Source: Oxalobacteraceae bacterium (GTDB lineage: Bacteria; Pseudomonadota; Gammaproteobacteria; Burkholderiales; Burkholderiaceae_D). From it: a DNA stretch of 64,000 bases. Where the stretch lies: NCBI GenBank assembly GCA_010024875.1, contig RGFZ01000010.1, positions 4,728 through 68,727 of the forward strand. Direction: 5' to 3'. The translations under genes were made by a program, and so were the position numbers. Position 1 is the first letter of the stretch. Each line of letters starts with the position of its first letter. Below, piece after piece: positions 40,356 through 50,064 of the stretch. Under the pieces are notes generated by a model. That model was not told the origin of the DNA. It searched no databases and was given only the letters and a program-made list of their open reading frames with translations.

Positions 40356-41300
40356 GTGAAAAAAGCCTGGGTCTGGTTCTGGTGGATCGTGATTGCCGTA
40401 CCGTTGCTCGCGGGCGCGATCTGGGCCATCGATGACAACGCGAAGCTGTTCTTCCTCACGCTGATGAATGGGCTGACGCTAGCTGCATTATATTTTTTGG
40501 TAGCGAGCGGCTTCACACTCGTGTTCGGCCTGATGCGCAATGTGAACCTTGCGCATGGCTCGCTCTATCTCCTGGGCGCGTATCTCGGCTTCGTGATCGG
40601 TGATGCGACCGGCTCTTGGGTGCTGGCGGTGATTGCGGGATTCATCTCCTCAGCGCTAGTCGGCTTGTTTCTTCAGATTGCTGTGTTTCGCTTCATGCAG
40701 GGACAAGACCTGCGGCAAACGATGGTCACAATCGGAATCTCGATTGTGCTGGCCGATATTATGTTGTGGATTTTTGGCGGAGAGATCTATCAGTTTGATC
40801 CGCCGAGCTGGATGATAGGCACACTGCGTCTGCCAGTGGTCGAGGCTTTCCCCGTGTACCGCGTACTGGTACTGCTGGCAGCCATCGTGATCGGTGTCGC
40901 GCTCTGGTGGTTCCTGAACAAGACTCGCGTGGGCATGATGATCCGTGCTGGCGTGGATGATCGCGCGATGCTCGCGGCTTCCGGTATCAATGTACAACTG
41001 GTGTTCGCGGTGACGTTCGCGGTTGGCGCCGGCCTAGCCGGATTCGCGGGTGTGGTCGGCGGCACCGCACTGTCGATCGCGCCCGGTGAGGATTCACGTT
41101 ACCTGCTCGCGTCATTGGTGGTGGTGATCGTCGGCGGCATGGGTAGCGTGACCGGCGCTGCTGTCGGTGCGATCGTGATTGCGGTTGCCGAACAGCTTGG
41201 TCTGGCGTACGCGCCGACCTACGGGATTGTGTTTACGTTTGCGATCATGGCCTTTGCGCTGGCGTTCCGCCCGCAAGGCCTTCTGGGAAAGAAGGTGTAG
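40356..41300 (+). CDS. livH: ABC permease (LivH family)
   Basis: GFTLVFGLMRNVNLAHG, GGMGSV.GA. Confidence 0.9.
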   Translation: MKKAWVWFWWIVIAVPLLAGAIWAIDDNAKLFFLTLMNGLTLAALYFLVASGFTLVFGLMRNVNLAHGSLYLLGAYLGFVIGDATGSWVLAVIAGFISSALVGLFLQIAVFRFMQGQDLRQTMVTIGISIVLADIMLWIFGGEIYQFDPPSWMIGTLRLPVVEAFPVYRVLVLLAAIVIGVALWWFLNKTRVGMMIRAGVDDRAMLAASGINVQLVFAVTFAVGAGLAGFAGVVGGTALSIAPGEDSRYLLASLVVVIVGGMGSVTGAAVGAIVIAVAEQLGLAYAPTYGIVFTFAIMAFALAFRPQGLLGKKV

Positions 41301-41303
41301 GCC

Positions 41304-42419
41304 ATGAGTGCAGCGTACTGGCGCAGGGCAATGCAGAGCGGCAGCGGCCATCCAACGGCTACCTCGCCAAAGCTATCCATCACCGGCGTGGTATCGCGTG
41401 ACGTATCGCACGATATCCATGGCCGTCGCATTATGGGAACACCTTGGCCCTGGCTCGCGCCACGCTATGTGATCGTAATGATCTTCCTGCTGATCTACCC
41501 ATTCATCGCCACACCCTTCTTCACATTCCAGATCGGTGCGCAGACACTGGTGCTGGGTACGATTGCACTATCGCTCACTTTTCTGGGCGGTTATGGTGGC
41601 ATGGTGTCACTGTCGCAGATGTCGATTGCTGGCATCACCGGTTACATGGTCGCGATCTGCGGTACCAGCGGCACGATGTCGATCAGCATGGGCTGGCCCT
41701 GGTGGCTGGCGGTGGCCGATGCGCTGTTGGTCGCAGTGATCGCTGCCACACTGATTGGCTGGTTATCGGTGCGCACCGAAGGCATCTATACGATCATGAT
41801 CACGCTGGCCGTCGGTGTGGCGTTCTTTTATTTCGCGCAGCAAAATTATTCGGTGTTCGCGGGCTTCCGGGGCTTCCAGAAAGTCATGCCACCCGATCTG
41901 TTCGGTGTGCAGTGGCGCGAACCGCTGCCCTTTTATTTTCTGTGCCTGTTCTGGGCGCTGGTCTGTTACTCCTTCATCCAGTATCTGGTACGCACGCCCT
42001 TTGGGATTGCTCTACAGGGCATCCGCGACAATGCGCGCCGCATGAATGCGCTCGGTTTCAATGTGACCGCGCACCGTGTCGCGGCACACAGTCTGGCGGG
42101 ACTGATTGCGGGCATCGGTGGGGTGCTCTCGGTCTGGTACAACGGAATGATCTCGCCAGGCTCGGTGAACTCGGGTGCGATGATCAATATTCTGGTCATT
42201 GCTGTCTTGGGTGGTATGCGTCGCAGCATCGGTGCGTATATCGGTGCGCTGATCTTTGTGCTACTCCAGAATTTTGCTATCGATGTATTTGATCGCGAGC
42301 GATTCAACCTTGTCATTGGCGCAGTGTTCCTGCTGATCGTGCTGTTCTCACCGGACGGCGTGCTGGGCCTATGGGCACGGCTGCGCGCGCGGCTTTCGGC
42401 AGATCGCAGGATGAAATGA
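41304..42419 (+). CDS. livM: ABC permease (LivM family)
   Basis: GYGGMVSLSQ, TPFG..LQGIRDN. Confidence 0.9.
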   Translation: MSAAYWRRAMQSGSGHPTATSPKLSITGVVSRDVSHDIHGRRIMGTPWPWLAPRYVIVMIFLLIYPFIATPFFTFQIGAQTLVLGTIALSLTFLGGYGGMVSLSQMSIAGITGYMVAICGTSGTMSISMGWPWWLAVADALLVAVIAATLIGWLSVRTEGIYTIMITLAVGVAFFYFAQQNYSVFAGFRGFQKVMPPDLFGVQWREPLPFYFLCLFWALVCYSFIQYLVRTPFGIALQGIRDNARRMNALGFNVTAHRVAAHSLAGLIAGIGGVLSVWYNGMISPGSVNSGAMINILVIAVLGGMRRSIGAYIGALIFVLLQNFAIDVFDRERFNLVIGAVFLLIVLFSPDGVLGLWARLRARLSADRRMK

Positions 42420-42564
42420 ATTCTGTCGCCGTCACCTGGCGGCAGCAGCTTGCAGTAGTGAAGTAGCAGTACCAAGTAGTCATAGTGGTTTGTTTGAGTG
42501 TTGCATCGCCCGATGATGGGCATGCGGCGTTGTGCGTTACAACAAGCAGCAGAGGAGACTGAGG

Positions 42565-43818
42565 ATGACAAGTAACAAAAGAACTTTCATGCGTGCAGCC
42601 ATCGGCGTCGCCGTGCTGGCCGCATTTTCCATCAACGCGCATGCTGCCGACACGCTGAAAGTCGGCTTGCTCGCCACGCTGGAAGGCCCATTCGCGGTAC
42701 CCGGTCAGGATGGCATTCGTGGCGCAGAACTAGCGCTGAAACAAAAGGGGGGCATGGCTGGCGGCAAGAAGATCGAGTTCATCAAGGGCTCATCGGATGG
42801 TACGCCTGACAAGGCTGTCAACGCGACCCGCAAACTGGTCGAACAGGACAAGGTGCAGATCATGATCGGCCCGCTGTCTGGTGACGAGGGCGTCGCAGTG
42901 AAGAACTACGCGAAGTCAAAGCCCGACATCACCTTCGTCAACGGTTCCTCGGGCGCACAGGCCGCGACGCTGGTCGACCCTTCGGCGAACTTCTTCCGCT
43001 TCAACAGCGAAGGCGCACAGTGGATGGTTGGTCTGGGCGAGCATGCGCTCGGCAAAGGCTACAAGAAGATGTTCCTGATTGCCGAAGACTATGGGTTCCC
43101 CTACTCGCAAGTGCAGGGCTTCATGGCCAGCTACTGTGCGAAAGGTGGCAAGGTCGTGGACAAAGCCTGGGTACCGCTGGGCACCAAGGATTACTCGACC
43201 GTGATCGCAAAGATCCCGAAAGATATCGACGCGCTCCTGGTCGTGCTGGGCGGTTCCGATGCAGTGAACTTTCTGACGCAGTATGAGCAGGCCGGCGGCA
43301 GCAAGCCGATGGTCGGTGGTTCGATCACGGTAGATCAGACCGTACTGAACTACAAGGGCAAGCGTCGCGAGTCGCTGCTGGGTACAGCCTCCGCTGGTCC
43401 GATGGCGGATTCGATCGACACCGGCGAGTGGAAAAAATTCGTTGCGGACTACAAGGCCGCTTTCAAGGATGGCTTCCCGAGTCCGTCACTGTTCGCCTAT
43501 CTGTACTACATCAACACCAAGGCGGCACTGGATGGTCTGGATGCGGTAAAGGGTGATTTGGGCGGTGGCCAAAAGGCTTACCGTGCAGCGCTACAGAAAA
43601 CGAGCTTCGCAGGCCCCGCCGGTCCGGTGAAGATCGATGACAACCGCAATGGCGTGGGTACCACCTACATCACCGAAGTTGTGAAGACGGCCGATGGCTC
43701 CTTCACCAACAAGGTGGTGAAGCAGGTACCGAATGTCACGCAGACACTGGGTCTGTCGAAAGCCGAGTTCGACAAGATGGGCCTGGGATCACGCGACGTG
43801 CCTGACTGCCGCAAGTAA
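42565..43818 (+). CDS. Liv-type ABC substrate-binding protein
   Basis: Signal peptide; KVGLLATLEG, GPLSGDEG, AEDYGFPY. Confidence 0.9.
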   Translation: MTSNKRTFMRAAIGVAVLAAFSINAHAADTLKVGLLATLEGPFAVPGQDGIRGAELALKQKGGMAGGKKIEFIKGSSDGTPDKAVNATRKLVEQDKVQIMIGPLSGDEGVAVKNYAKSKPDITFVNGSSGAQAATLVDPSANFFRFNSEGAQWMVGLGEHALGKGYKKMFLIAEDYGFPYSQVQGFMASYCAKGGKVVDKAWVPLGTKDYSTVIAKIPKDIDALLVVLGGSDAVNFLTQYEQAGGSKPMVGGSITVDQTVLNYKGKRRESLLGTASAGPMADSIDTGEWKKFVADYKAAFKDGFPSPSLFAYLYYINTKAALDGLDAVKGDLGGGQKAYRAALQKTSFAGPAGPVKIDDNRNGVGTTYITEVVKTADGSFTNKVVKQVPNVTQTLGLSKAEFDKMGLGSRDVPDCRK

Positions 43819-43833
43819 ACAGCAAAGGTCTAA

Positions 43834-43931
43834 TGCCTCTGTAAAACGTTGATAGCTAGGCGTGCTGCCGCAGACAGTGTGGTGGCACGGCAAGGCAGTG
43901 TAATAACGCTAGCGACGTTTTGTCAGAGGCA
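43834..43931 (+). other. ~100-nt nested stem-loop between binding-protein and ATPase genes
   Basis: tgcctctgtaaaacgt pairs with acgttttgtcagaggca; inner gctag/ctagc and tgccg/cggca arms. Confidence 0.5.
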
Positions 43932-43964
43932 CTTAACGCACTATCGCACTCACGGAGAAACCTG

Positions 43965-44747
43965 ATGCTGCACAGCGCAGACATGCACAGAATCAGCGGC
44001 GATGCTCTCATACTTGAGGGCGTCACCCGCGCGTTCGGTGCACTGAAGGCTATCGATGATGTGACATTCAGCGTGCCGGCCGGCGAGCGCCGCGCCGTGC
44101 TGGGAGCGAATGGTGCGGGCAAGACCACGCTGTTCAATGCGATCACGGGCGATTTTCCGCCCACGGCGGGCCGGGTGATGTTCTTTGGCGAGGACATCAC
44201 CCGACTGCCGCCCTATGAACGCATACGACGCGGCATGCGCCGCACGTATCAGTCTTCTTTGTTGTTCCGCGAACTGTCGGTACGGGATAACCTGTATCTC
44301 GCCACGCAAGGCATCAGCGGCGGACGTTTCAGCGTGCTGCGCCGGCGCGATGATGACGCGCTGCTGGCAGCGACTCAGATCCTACTGGACCTGGTGCATC
44401 TCGACCACCTATCGGAGATGCCCGTCAGCCTGCTCTCGCACGGCCAGCAACGTCAGCTGGAAGTCGGCATGGCGCTGGCCGGTGCGCCCCGCCTCATTCT
44501 GTTTGATGAGCCAGCCGCCGGGCTGTCACCCGCCGAACGTCGCGAGCTGGTGAATATCCTGCAAGGCTTACCGCGGCATATAGGCTTTGTGCTCATCGAG
44601 CATGACCTCGACATCGCGCTGCGCGTGGTCGATCGCGTGACCATCATGCACAATGGTCGACTGCTCAAGCACGGCACGCCGCAGGAAATCGAGAACGATG
44701 CCGAAGTGCAGGCAATCTACATGGGGAGCGGTCATCATGGCCATTAA
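43965..44747 (+). CDS. livG: ABC ATP-binding protein (LivG family)
   Basis: GANGAGKT, LSHGQQRQ, LFDEP, IEHD. Confidence 0.92.
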   Translation: MLHSADMHRISGDALILEGVTRAFGALKAIDDVTFSVPAGERRAVLGANGAGKTTLFNAITGDFPPTAGRVMFFGEDITRLPPYERIRRGMRRTYQSSLLFRELSVRDNLYLATQGISGGRFSVLRRRDDDALLAATQILLDLVHLDHLSEMPVSLLSHGQQRQLEVGMALAGAPRLILFDEPAAGLSPAERRELVNILQGLPRHIGFVLIEHDLDIALRVVDRVTIMHNGRLLKHGTPQEIENDAEVQAIYMGSGHHGH

Positions 44748-46992
44748 GTTCTTTGGCCGCGGTGGCGGCAACAGCCCCATTCTCGAGATCTCGAATCTCG
44801 ATATTTACTATGGCAAGGCGCATGCGGTGCAAGGCGTCTCGCTGACTTTACAAAAAGGCGTGCTCGGCGTAGTCGGCAAAAACGGCATGGGCAAGACTTC
44901 GCTATGCAATGCGATCACCGGATTGGTACCGGCGCGCGGCAGCATCAAGCTGGCCGGTGAAGAAATCCTTGGCCTGCCGCCGCATGCGATCACGGCGAAA
45001 GGTATAGGCTATGTGCCGCAGGGACGACGTGTATGGCCATCGCTGTCGGTCGATGAGCACTTGCGTCTGGCTGCAAAAAGCGTACGCAGTGGCGAGTGGA
45101 CAGTGGAGCGCATTTATCAATTGTTTCCCCGTCTGGGCGAGCGCAAGAGTAATGGCGGCTCGCAACTGTCAGGCGGCGAGCAGCAAATGCTGGCGATCGG
45201 CCGCGCGCTGCTGTTCAATCCGCGCCTGCTGGTGATGGACGAGCCCACCGAAGGACTGGCGCCGGTGATCGTCGAGCATGTCGCTGACACGCTGAAGACC
45301 CTGGCCAGCGAAGGCAATATTTCAGTGCTGCTGATCGAGCAGAACCTGGGCGTCGCGGTCGATGTGGCCGACAACGTCGCAGTGATGATGAACGGCCGTG
45401 TCGCGCGTACCCTGCCCGCACGCGAGCTGGCTGCCGATGTGAATCTGCAGCATCAGCTGCTGGGCGTCAGACAGTCTGCCGACGACGAGGGCGGTGCAGA
45501 AGCTTTAACGGTACCCGAAGTCGATGATGAGACGCCAGTGCGCGTATTCACAGTAGCGCGCGCGGAGGACAATGGACTGCCGCGTAATGATGCGACGACC
45601 GATGCTTCGCGCACCGTACGCAACTTCAATCGCTGGAATCAGGGTGCCACAGGTGCGACATTGAAGGATCTTTCGCTGGGCGATCGTCCGTCGGAAGCAA
45701 GTTTTGAACATGTTTCGGCACCCATCGAGCATAAAGCGCAAGTCTTCGAATTCAGTGTTGCGCATACTGCGAACCGTGCAGCCTACATCGCCGGCACCTT
45801 CGACACCAAGGGCCGCGAGCTGTTCTTCCTCAAGAACTGCATGGAAAAGCTTGGCCTTCGCACGGTGACCGTCGATCTATCGACATCGGGCAAACCATCG
45901 CCGGCGAACATTCATCCGCGTGAGATCGCGCGTTTTCATCCCAAGGGCGAACGCGGCGTATTTACCGATGACCGTGGCACGGCGGTCACTGCCATGGCGC
46001 TCGCATTCGAAAATTTCATTGTGTCGCGGCGCGATCTGGGCGGCATGATTTCTGCAGGTGGATCGGGCGGGACCGCGCTGGCCACGCCCGCAATGCGCCG
46101 CCTGCCCGTGGGCATGCCCAAGGTGATGGTGTCTACCGTCGCTTCGGGTGACGTCAAGCCTTATGTAGGCCCAAGCGATATCTGCATGATGTATTCCGTC
46201 ACGGATGTGTCGGGCATCAATCGCATCAGCGAGCGCGTGCTATCGAATGCTGCGCATGCGCTTGCCGGCATGATTGCTTACGCACGTGAAGAATCCAAGG
46301 ACAGCAAGCCGGCGATTGGGTTAACGATGTTCGGCGTCACTACGCCGTGCGTGCAGGCGACGACGAAACTACTGGAAGAGGAATTCGACTGTCTGGTATT
46401 TCATGCGACCGGCACCGGTGGCCAGTCCATGGAAAAACTGGTCGACAGCGGACTCATCTCTGGTGTGATCGATGTCTCCACCACAGAGATCGCTGACGAG
46501 ATCGGCGGTGGCATACTCTCGGCAGGAACGGAGCGCATGGACGCGATCATCCGCTCGCGCATTCCGTATGTCGGTACCTGCGGCGCTCTGGACATGGTGA
46601 ATTTCTGGGCGCGCGACACCGTCCCCTCGAGATTGAATGATCGCCTGTTCTATCAGCACAATCCGAATGTCACGCTGATGCGCACCACTGTTGAAGAGAA
46701 TATCAAGATCGGCGAGTTTATCGCCGGCAAGCTCAATCAAATGGAAGGCCCGGTGCGTTTCGTGTTGCCGATGGGCGGCGTGTCAGCGCTGGATGCGCCC
46801 GGCAAGGCGTTCTGGAATCCCGAAGCGGACAATGCGCTGTTCCAGACCATAGAAAAAAACTTCAGACCGGGCAGTCAGCGACGGCTGATCAAGTCGCCAC
46901 TGCATCTGAATGATCCGCAGTTCGCGGAAGAGCTCGCAAAACATTTTCACGAGTTGAATGCGCAGTCCGGTGCGCGTCGCCGGGCGCTGTGA
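44737..46992 (+). CDS. Fusion: LivF-type ABC ATPase + Tm-1-like ATP-binding (UPF0261) domain
   Basis: N-terminal GKNGMGKT, LSGGEQQ, MDEP, EQN; acidic linker; C-terminal GTFDTKG.E, GGSGGT, P.G.PK.MVST, TMFGVTTPCV, FHATGTGG, GALDMVNF; single open frame. Confidence 0.9.
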   Translation: MAIKFFGRGGGNSPILEISNLDIYYGKAHAVQGVSLTLQKGVLGVVGKNGMGKTSLCNAITGLVPARGSIKLAGEEILGLPPHAITAKGIGYVPQGRRVWPSLSVDEHLRLAAKSVRSGEWTVERIYQLFPRLGERKSNGGSQLSGGEQQMLAIGRALLFNPRLLVMDEPTEGLAPVIVEHVADTLKTLASEGNISVLLIEQNLGVAVDVADNVAVMMNGRVARTLPARELAADVNLQHQLLGVRQSADDEGGAEALTVPEVDDETPVRVFTVARAEDNGLPRNDATTDASRTVRNFNRWNQGATGATLKDLSLGDRPSEASFEHVSAPIEHKAQVFEFSVAHTANRAAYIAGTFDTKGRELFFLKNCMEKLGLRTVTVDLSTSGKPSPANIHPREIARFHPKGERGVFTDDRGTAVTAMALAFENFIVSRRDLGGMISAGGSGGTALATPAMRRLPVGMPKVMVSTVASGDVKPYVGPSDICMMYSVTDVSGINRISERVLSNAAHALAGMIAYAREESKDSKPAIGLTMFGVTTPCVQATTKLLEEEFDCLVFHATGTGGQSMEKLVDSGLISGVIDVSTTEIADEIGGGILSAGTERMDAIIRSRIPYVGTCGALDMVNFWARDTVPSRLNDRLFYQHNPNVTLMRTTVEENIKIGEFIAGKLNQMEGPVRFVLPMGGVSALDAPGKAFWNPEADNALFQTIEKNFRPGSQRRLIKSPLHLNDPQFAEELAKHFHELNAQSGARRRAL

Positions 46993-47004
46993 CGGGAGAC
47001 AAGC

Positions 47005-47838
47005 ATGGCACGCATACCCAGAGAAAAAATACTCGCGAAACTGCACGGCATGATCGCGCGCGGCGAGCCCATCATCGGCGGCGGTGCAGGCACCGGACTG
47101 TCCGCAAAATGCGAAGAGTTGGCTGGTATCGATCTGATCGTGATCTACAACTCAGGCCGTTACAGGATGGCGGGCCGCGGCTCGCTCGCCGGGCTGCTTG
47201 CCTACGGTAATGCCAATGACATCGTAGTCGACATGGCGAAAGAGGTGCTGCCGGTCGTGAAGCACACGCCGGTGCTGGCGGGCGTGAACGGCACCGATCC
47301 TTTCATGTCGCCCGAACCCTTCCTGAAAAAACTGATGGAGATGGGCTTCTCCGGCATACAGAATTTTCCAACGGTCGGCCTGATCGATGGCCTGTTCCGT
47401 GCAAACCTCGAAGAAACCGGCATGGGCTATGGGCTCGAGGTCGAGGTCGTTCGGCTGGCGCGGAAAATGGACCTACTGACCACGCCCTATGTGTTCTCCG
47501 AGCAGAACGCGATCGATATGGCAAAGGCTGGTGCGGACATCATCGTCTGCCATATGGGCTTGACCACCGGCGGGACGATCGGTGCCGATACCGCGCTGAA
47601 GCTACCAGACTGCGTGCCACTGATCGACCAGTGGTGTGCGGCCGCAAAGAAAGTCAATCCAGACGTGATTCTCCTTTGCCATGGGGGGCCGATTGCGATG
47701 CCCGAGGATGCTGGCTATATCCTCAAACATTGTCCGCAGTTGCACGGCTTTTATGGCGCATCGAGCATGGAAAGACTACCGACCGAAGTCGCGATCACTG
47801 AACAGACCAGACAGTTCAAAAAAATAAGCCGCAATTAA
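47005..47838 (+). CDS. PEP-hydrolase-like / TIM-barrel signal-transduction family protein
   Basis: [57 protein letters not shown]. Confidence 0.9.
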   Translation: MARIPREKILAKLHGMIARGEPIIGGGAGTGLSAKCEELAGIDLIVIYNSGRYRMAGRGSLAGLLAYGNANDIVVDMAKEVLPVVKHTPVLAGVNGTDPFMSPEPFLKKLMEMGFSGIQNFPTVGLIDGLFRANLEETGMGYGLEVEVVRLARKMDLLTTPYVFSEQNAIDMAKAGADIIVCHMGLTTGGTIGADTALKLPDCVPLIDQWCAAAKKVNPDVILLCHGGPIAMPEDAGYILKHCPQLHGFYGASSMERLPTEVAITEQTRQFKKISRN

Positions 47839-47890
47839 TCCATTAACCCTTCATCTGAGCATCAGAAGAACGTAAAACCAGGAGACCACC

Positions 47891-49609
47891 ATGAGCGGAA
47901 GTGATTTTGGGAGCTTCATACTGGGTCTGATCGTCGTCGCCATTGTCGTGGCCATCGGTGTATGGCTGCTGCATTGGCTCTACCTCAGGTCATCCAAAGA
48001 GCGTGCATTCGTGCGCACGGGCCTGGGCGGGCAGAAAGTCGTGCTGAACGGTGGCGCTTTCGTGCTGCCCATCGTGCATGACGTGATCCCGGTCAACATG
48101 AACACGCTGCGACTGGAAGTCTCGCGCGGACGCGACAAGGCGCTGATCACCTTTGACCGTATGCGCGTGGATGTGATCGCTGAGTTTTATGTGCGCGTAC
48201 AAGCCTCGCCTGCGGCGATCGCCAATGCCGCGCAAACTCTTGGTCAGCGCACGATGCAGCCGGAATTGCTCAAGGAACTACTAGAAGGTAAGTTCGTCGA
48301 TGCGCTGCGCACTGTAGCGGCTGAAATGAGCATGGAAGCGCTGCATGAGAAGCGCGGTGAATTCATCAAGCGCGTGCGCGCGGTGGTGTCGGAAGACCTG
48401 ATGCAGAACGGTCTGGAGCTAGAATCGGCCTCGCTGACGCAACTGGATCAGACGGCGATGGAATTCTTCAATCCATCTAACGCCTTCGATGCAGAAGGCC
48501 TGACCCGTCTGACCGAGACCATCGAGAAACGCAAGAAACTGCGAAATGACATTGAGCAGGACACCCTGATCCAGATCCGCAACAAGAATCTGGAAACCGA
48601 AAAGCTGGCGCTGGAGATCGACCTCGAAGCAGAGGAAGCCAAGCTCGCGCAGGAACGCACACTGGAAATCGCCCGAATCGAGCAAGCGACAGCACTTACA
48701 CAGGATCGCGCCGCGAAGAAACAGCAGGCGGATCGTGCTGAGATTACCGCGCGCGAAGCCGTGGAAAAGGCGCGCATCGTATCCGAAAAACTGATCGAGG
48801 AAGAGCGGATCAAGAAGGAGCTGGAGATACAGTCGGCCGAGATCGATCGCCGCAAGCAGATCGAGCTCGCTGAGCAGCAGCGCGCGATCGACACGGCTGA
48901 ACAATCGAAGGCCGAGTTCGAGGCACGCGCGGCTGCTGACAAGGCGCGTGCACTGGCGGTTACCGAGGAAGAGCGCGTGTTCACTGCACGCGAGACCGAG
49001 ATGGCTAATCGCAAGAAAGTGATCGAGCTGATCTCTGCCGCACAAGAGGCCGAGCGCGAGGCGATTCGCCTGACCATTGCGGCGACCGCAGAAAAAAATG
49101 CGGCAGCCGACCGTGGCGCCGCGATCCGCGCCGAAGCGGAGGCCTTGGCCGATGCAGAGCGCATCCGTGTCGCCGTAACTGAGCTACGCACGCAGGTCGA
49201 GGCCGAAGGCCTAAAGCTGATGAACGAGGCGCACAACATGCTGACGCAAGAGGCACGCATCTCGGCGCTGCGGATGAAGCTGGTCGAAAAACTCGATTCC
49301 ATCGTGCGCGAGAGCGTCAAGCCAATGGAGCGCATCGAGAGCATCAAGATCCTGCATGTCGATGGGCTGGCAGGCGGCGGCAGTGGTGGTGGAGATGGCA
49401 GTGGCGGCGGTGGCAACAATTTCACCGACAGCGTAGTGAACTCAGCGCTGCGCTACCGTGCGCAAGCGCCGCTGGTCGATCAGATGTTGTCGGAGATCGG
49501 TGTGAAGACCGGTGACATCGGCAAGCTTGCCGGCGCCTTCAGCGCGATCACTGCGGCCGAGGGCGCGGAGCCGGCTGAGCTGACCCACAAGAAGGACAAG
49601 GCGAAGTGA
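47891..49609 (+). CDS. Flotillin / SPFH domain protein
   Basis: N-terminal TM, AFVRTGLGG.KVV, SPFH core (LRTVAAEM..E.LH.KR.EF), long EA-rich coiled coil, C-terminal KPME.IESIKI...YR..APL. Confidence 0.92.
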   Translation: MSGSDFGSFILGLIVVAIVVAIGVWLLHWLYLRSSKERAFVRTGLGGQKVVLNGGAFVLPIVHDVIPVNMNTLRLEVSRGRDKALITFDRMRVDVIAEFYVRVQASPAAIANAAQTLGQRTMQPELLKELLEGKFVDALRTVAAEMSMEALHEKRGEFIKRVRAVVSEDLMQNGLELESASLTQLDQTAMEFFNPSNAFDAEGLTRLTETIEKRKKLRNDIEQDTLIQIRNKNLETEKLALEIDLEAEEAKLAQERTLEIARIEQATALTQDRAAKKQQADRAEITAREAVEKARIVSEKLIEEERIKKELEIQSAEIDRRKQIELAEQQRAIDTAEQSKAEFEARAAADKARALAVTEEERVFTARETEMANRKKVIELISAAQEAEREAIRLTIAATAEKNAAADRGAAIRAEAEALADAERIRVAVTELRTQVEAEGLKLMNEAHNMLTQEARISALRMKLVEKLDSIVRESVKPMERIESIKILHVDGLAGGGSGGGDGSGGGGNNFTDSVVNSALRYRAQAPLVDQMLSEIGVKTGDIGKLAGAFSAITAAEGAEPAELTHKKDKAK

Positions 49610-50049
49610 TACGCGTCTATACCTCCAGCGTGATCGATGCCCCGGCGGAGGCGGTCTGGGGCATGATCCGCGACTTCAACGGACTGCCGAAGTGGCATCC
49701 AGCGATTGCGGAATCACGGATCGAAAACTACAGGAAAGCGGATGAGGTCGGCTGCGTGCGGCTGTTCTCGATGAAGGATGGCGGCATCATCCGCGAAAAG
49801 CTGTTGGCCCTGTCGGATTTCGAGTACTCGTGCACCTACTCGATACTTGAATCGCCGATGGGCGTGGACAACTATGTGGCGACACTGAAGCTCACGCCGA
49901 TCACCGATGGGGACCGCACCTTTGCCGAATGGAGCGCCGAGTTCGATTGCGCACCCGGTCGCGAACAGGCACTATCAGACAATATCGGCCAAGGCGTGTT
50001 CCAGGGCGGCTTCGATGCATTGAAGCGCCTGTTGCGGGAACGACGGTAA
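49606..50049 (+). CDS. SRPBCC (START/polyketide cyclase-like) family protein
   Basis: SSVIDAPAEAVW.MIRDFNGLPKWHP, GCVR, REKL; GTGA overlap with flotillin stop. Confidence 0.88.
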   Translation: MIRVYTSSVIDAPAEAVWGMIRDFNGLPKWHPAIAESRIENYRKADEVGCVRLFSMKDGGIIREKLLALSDFEYSCTYSILESPMGVDNYVATLKLTPITDGDRTFAEWSAEFDCAPGREQALSDNIGQGVFQGGFDALKRLLRERR

Positions 50050-50064
50050 ACGATCAGGCCCGCC

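Noticed and set aside
49373-49414. Gly/Ser low-complexity repeat in flotillin
   Set aside because: Ordinary flexible linker near the flotillin C-terminus, not a tandem-repeat locus.
48419-49425. Long antisense ORFs opposite the flotillin (and similar shadow ORFs elsewhere, e.g. 15816-16427, 26782-27654, 56268-57185)
   Set aside because: Expected stop-poor antisense or alternative frames of GC-rich genes; no motifs or RBS.
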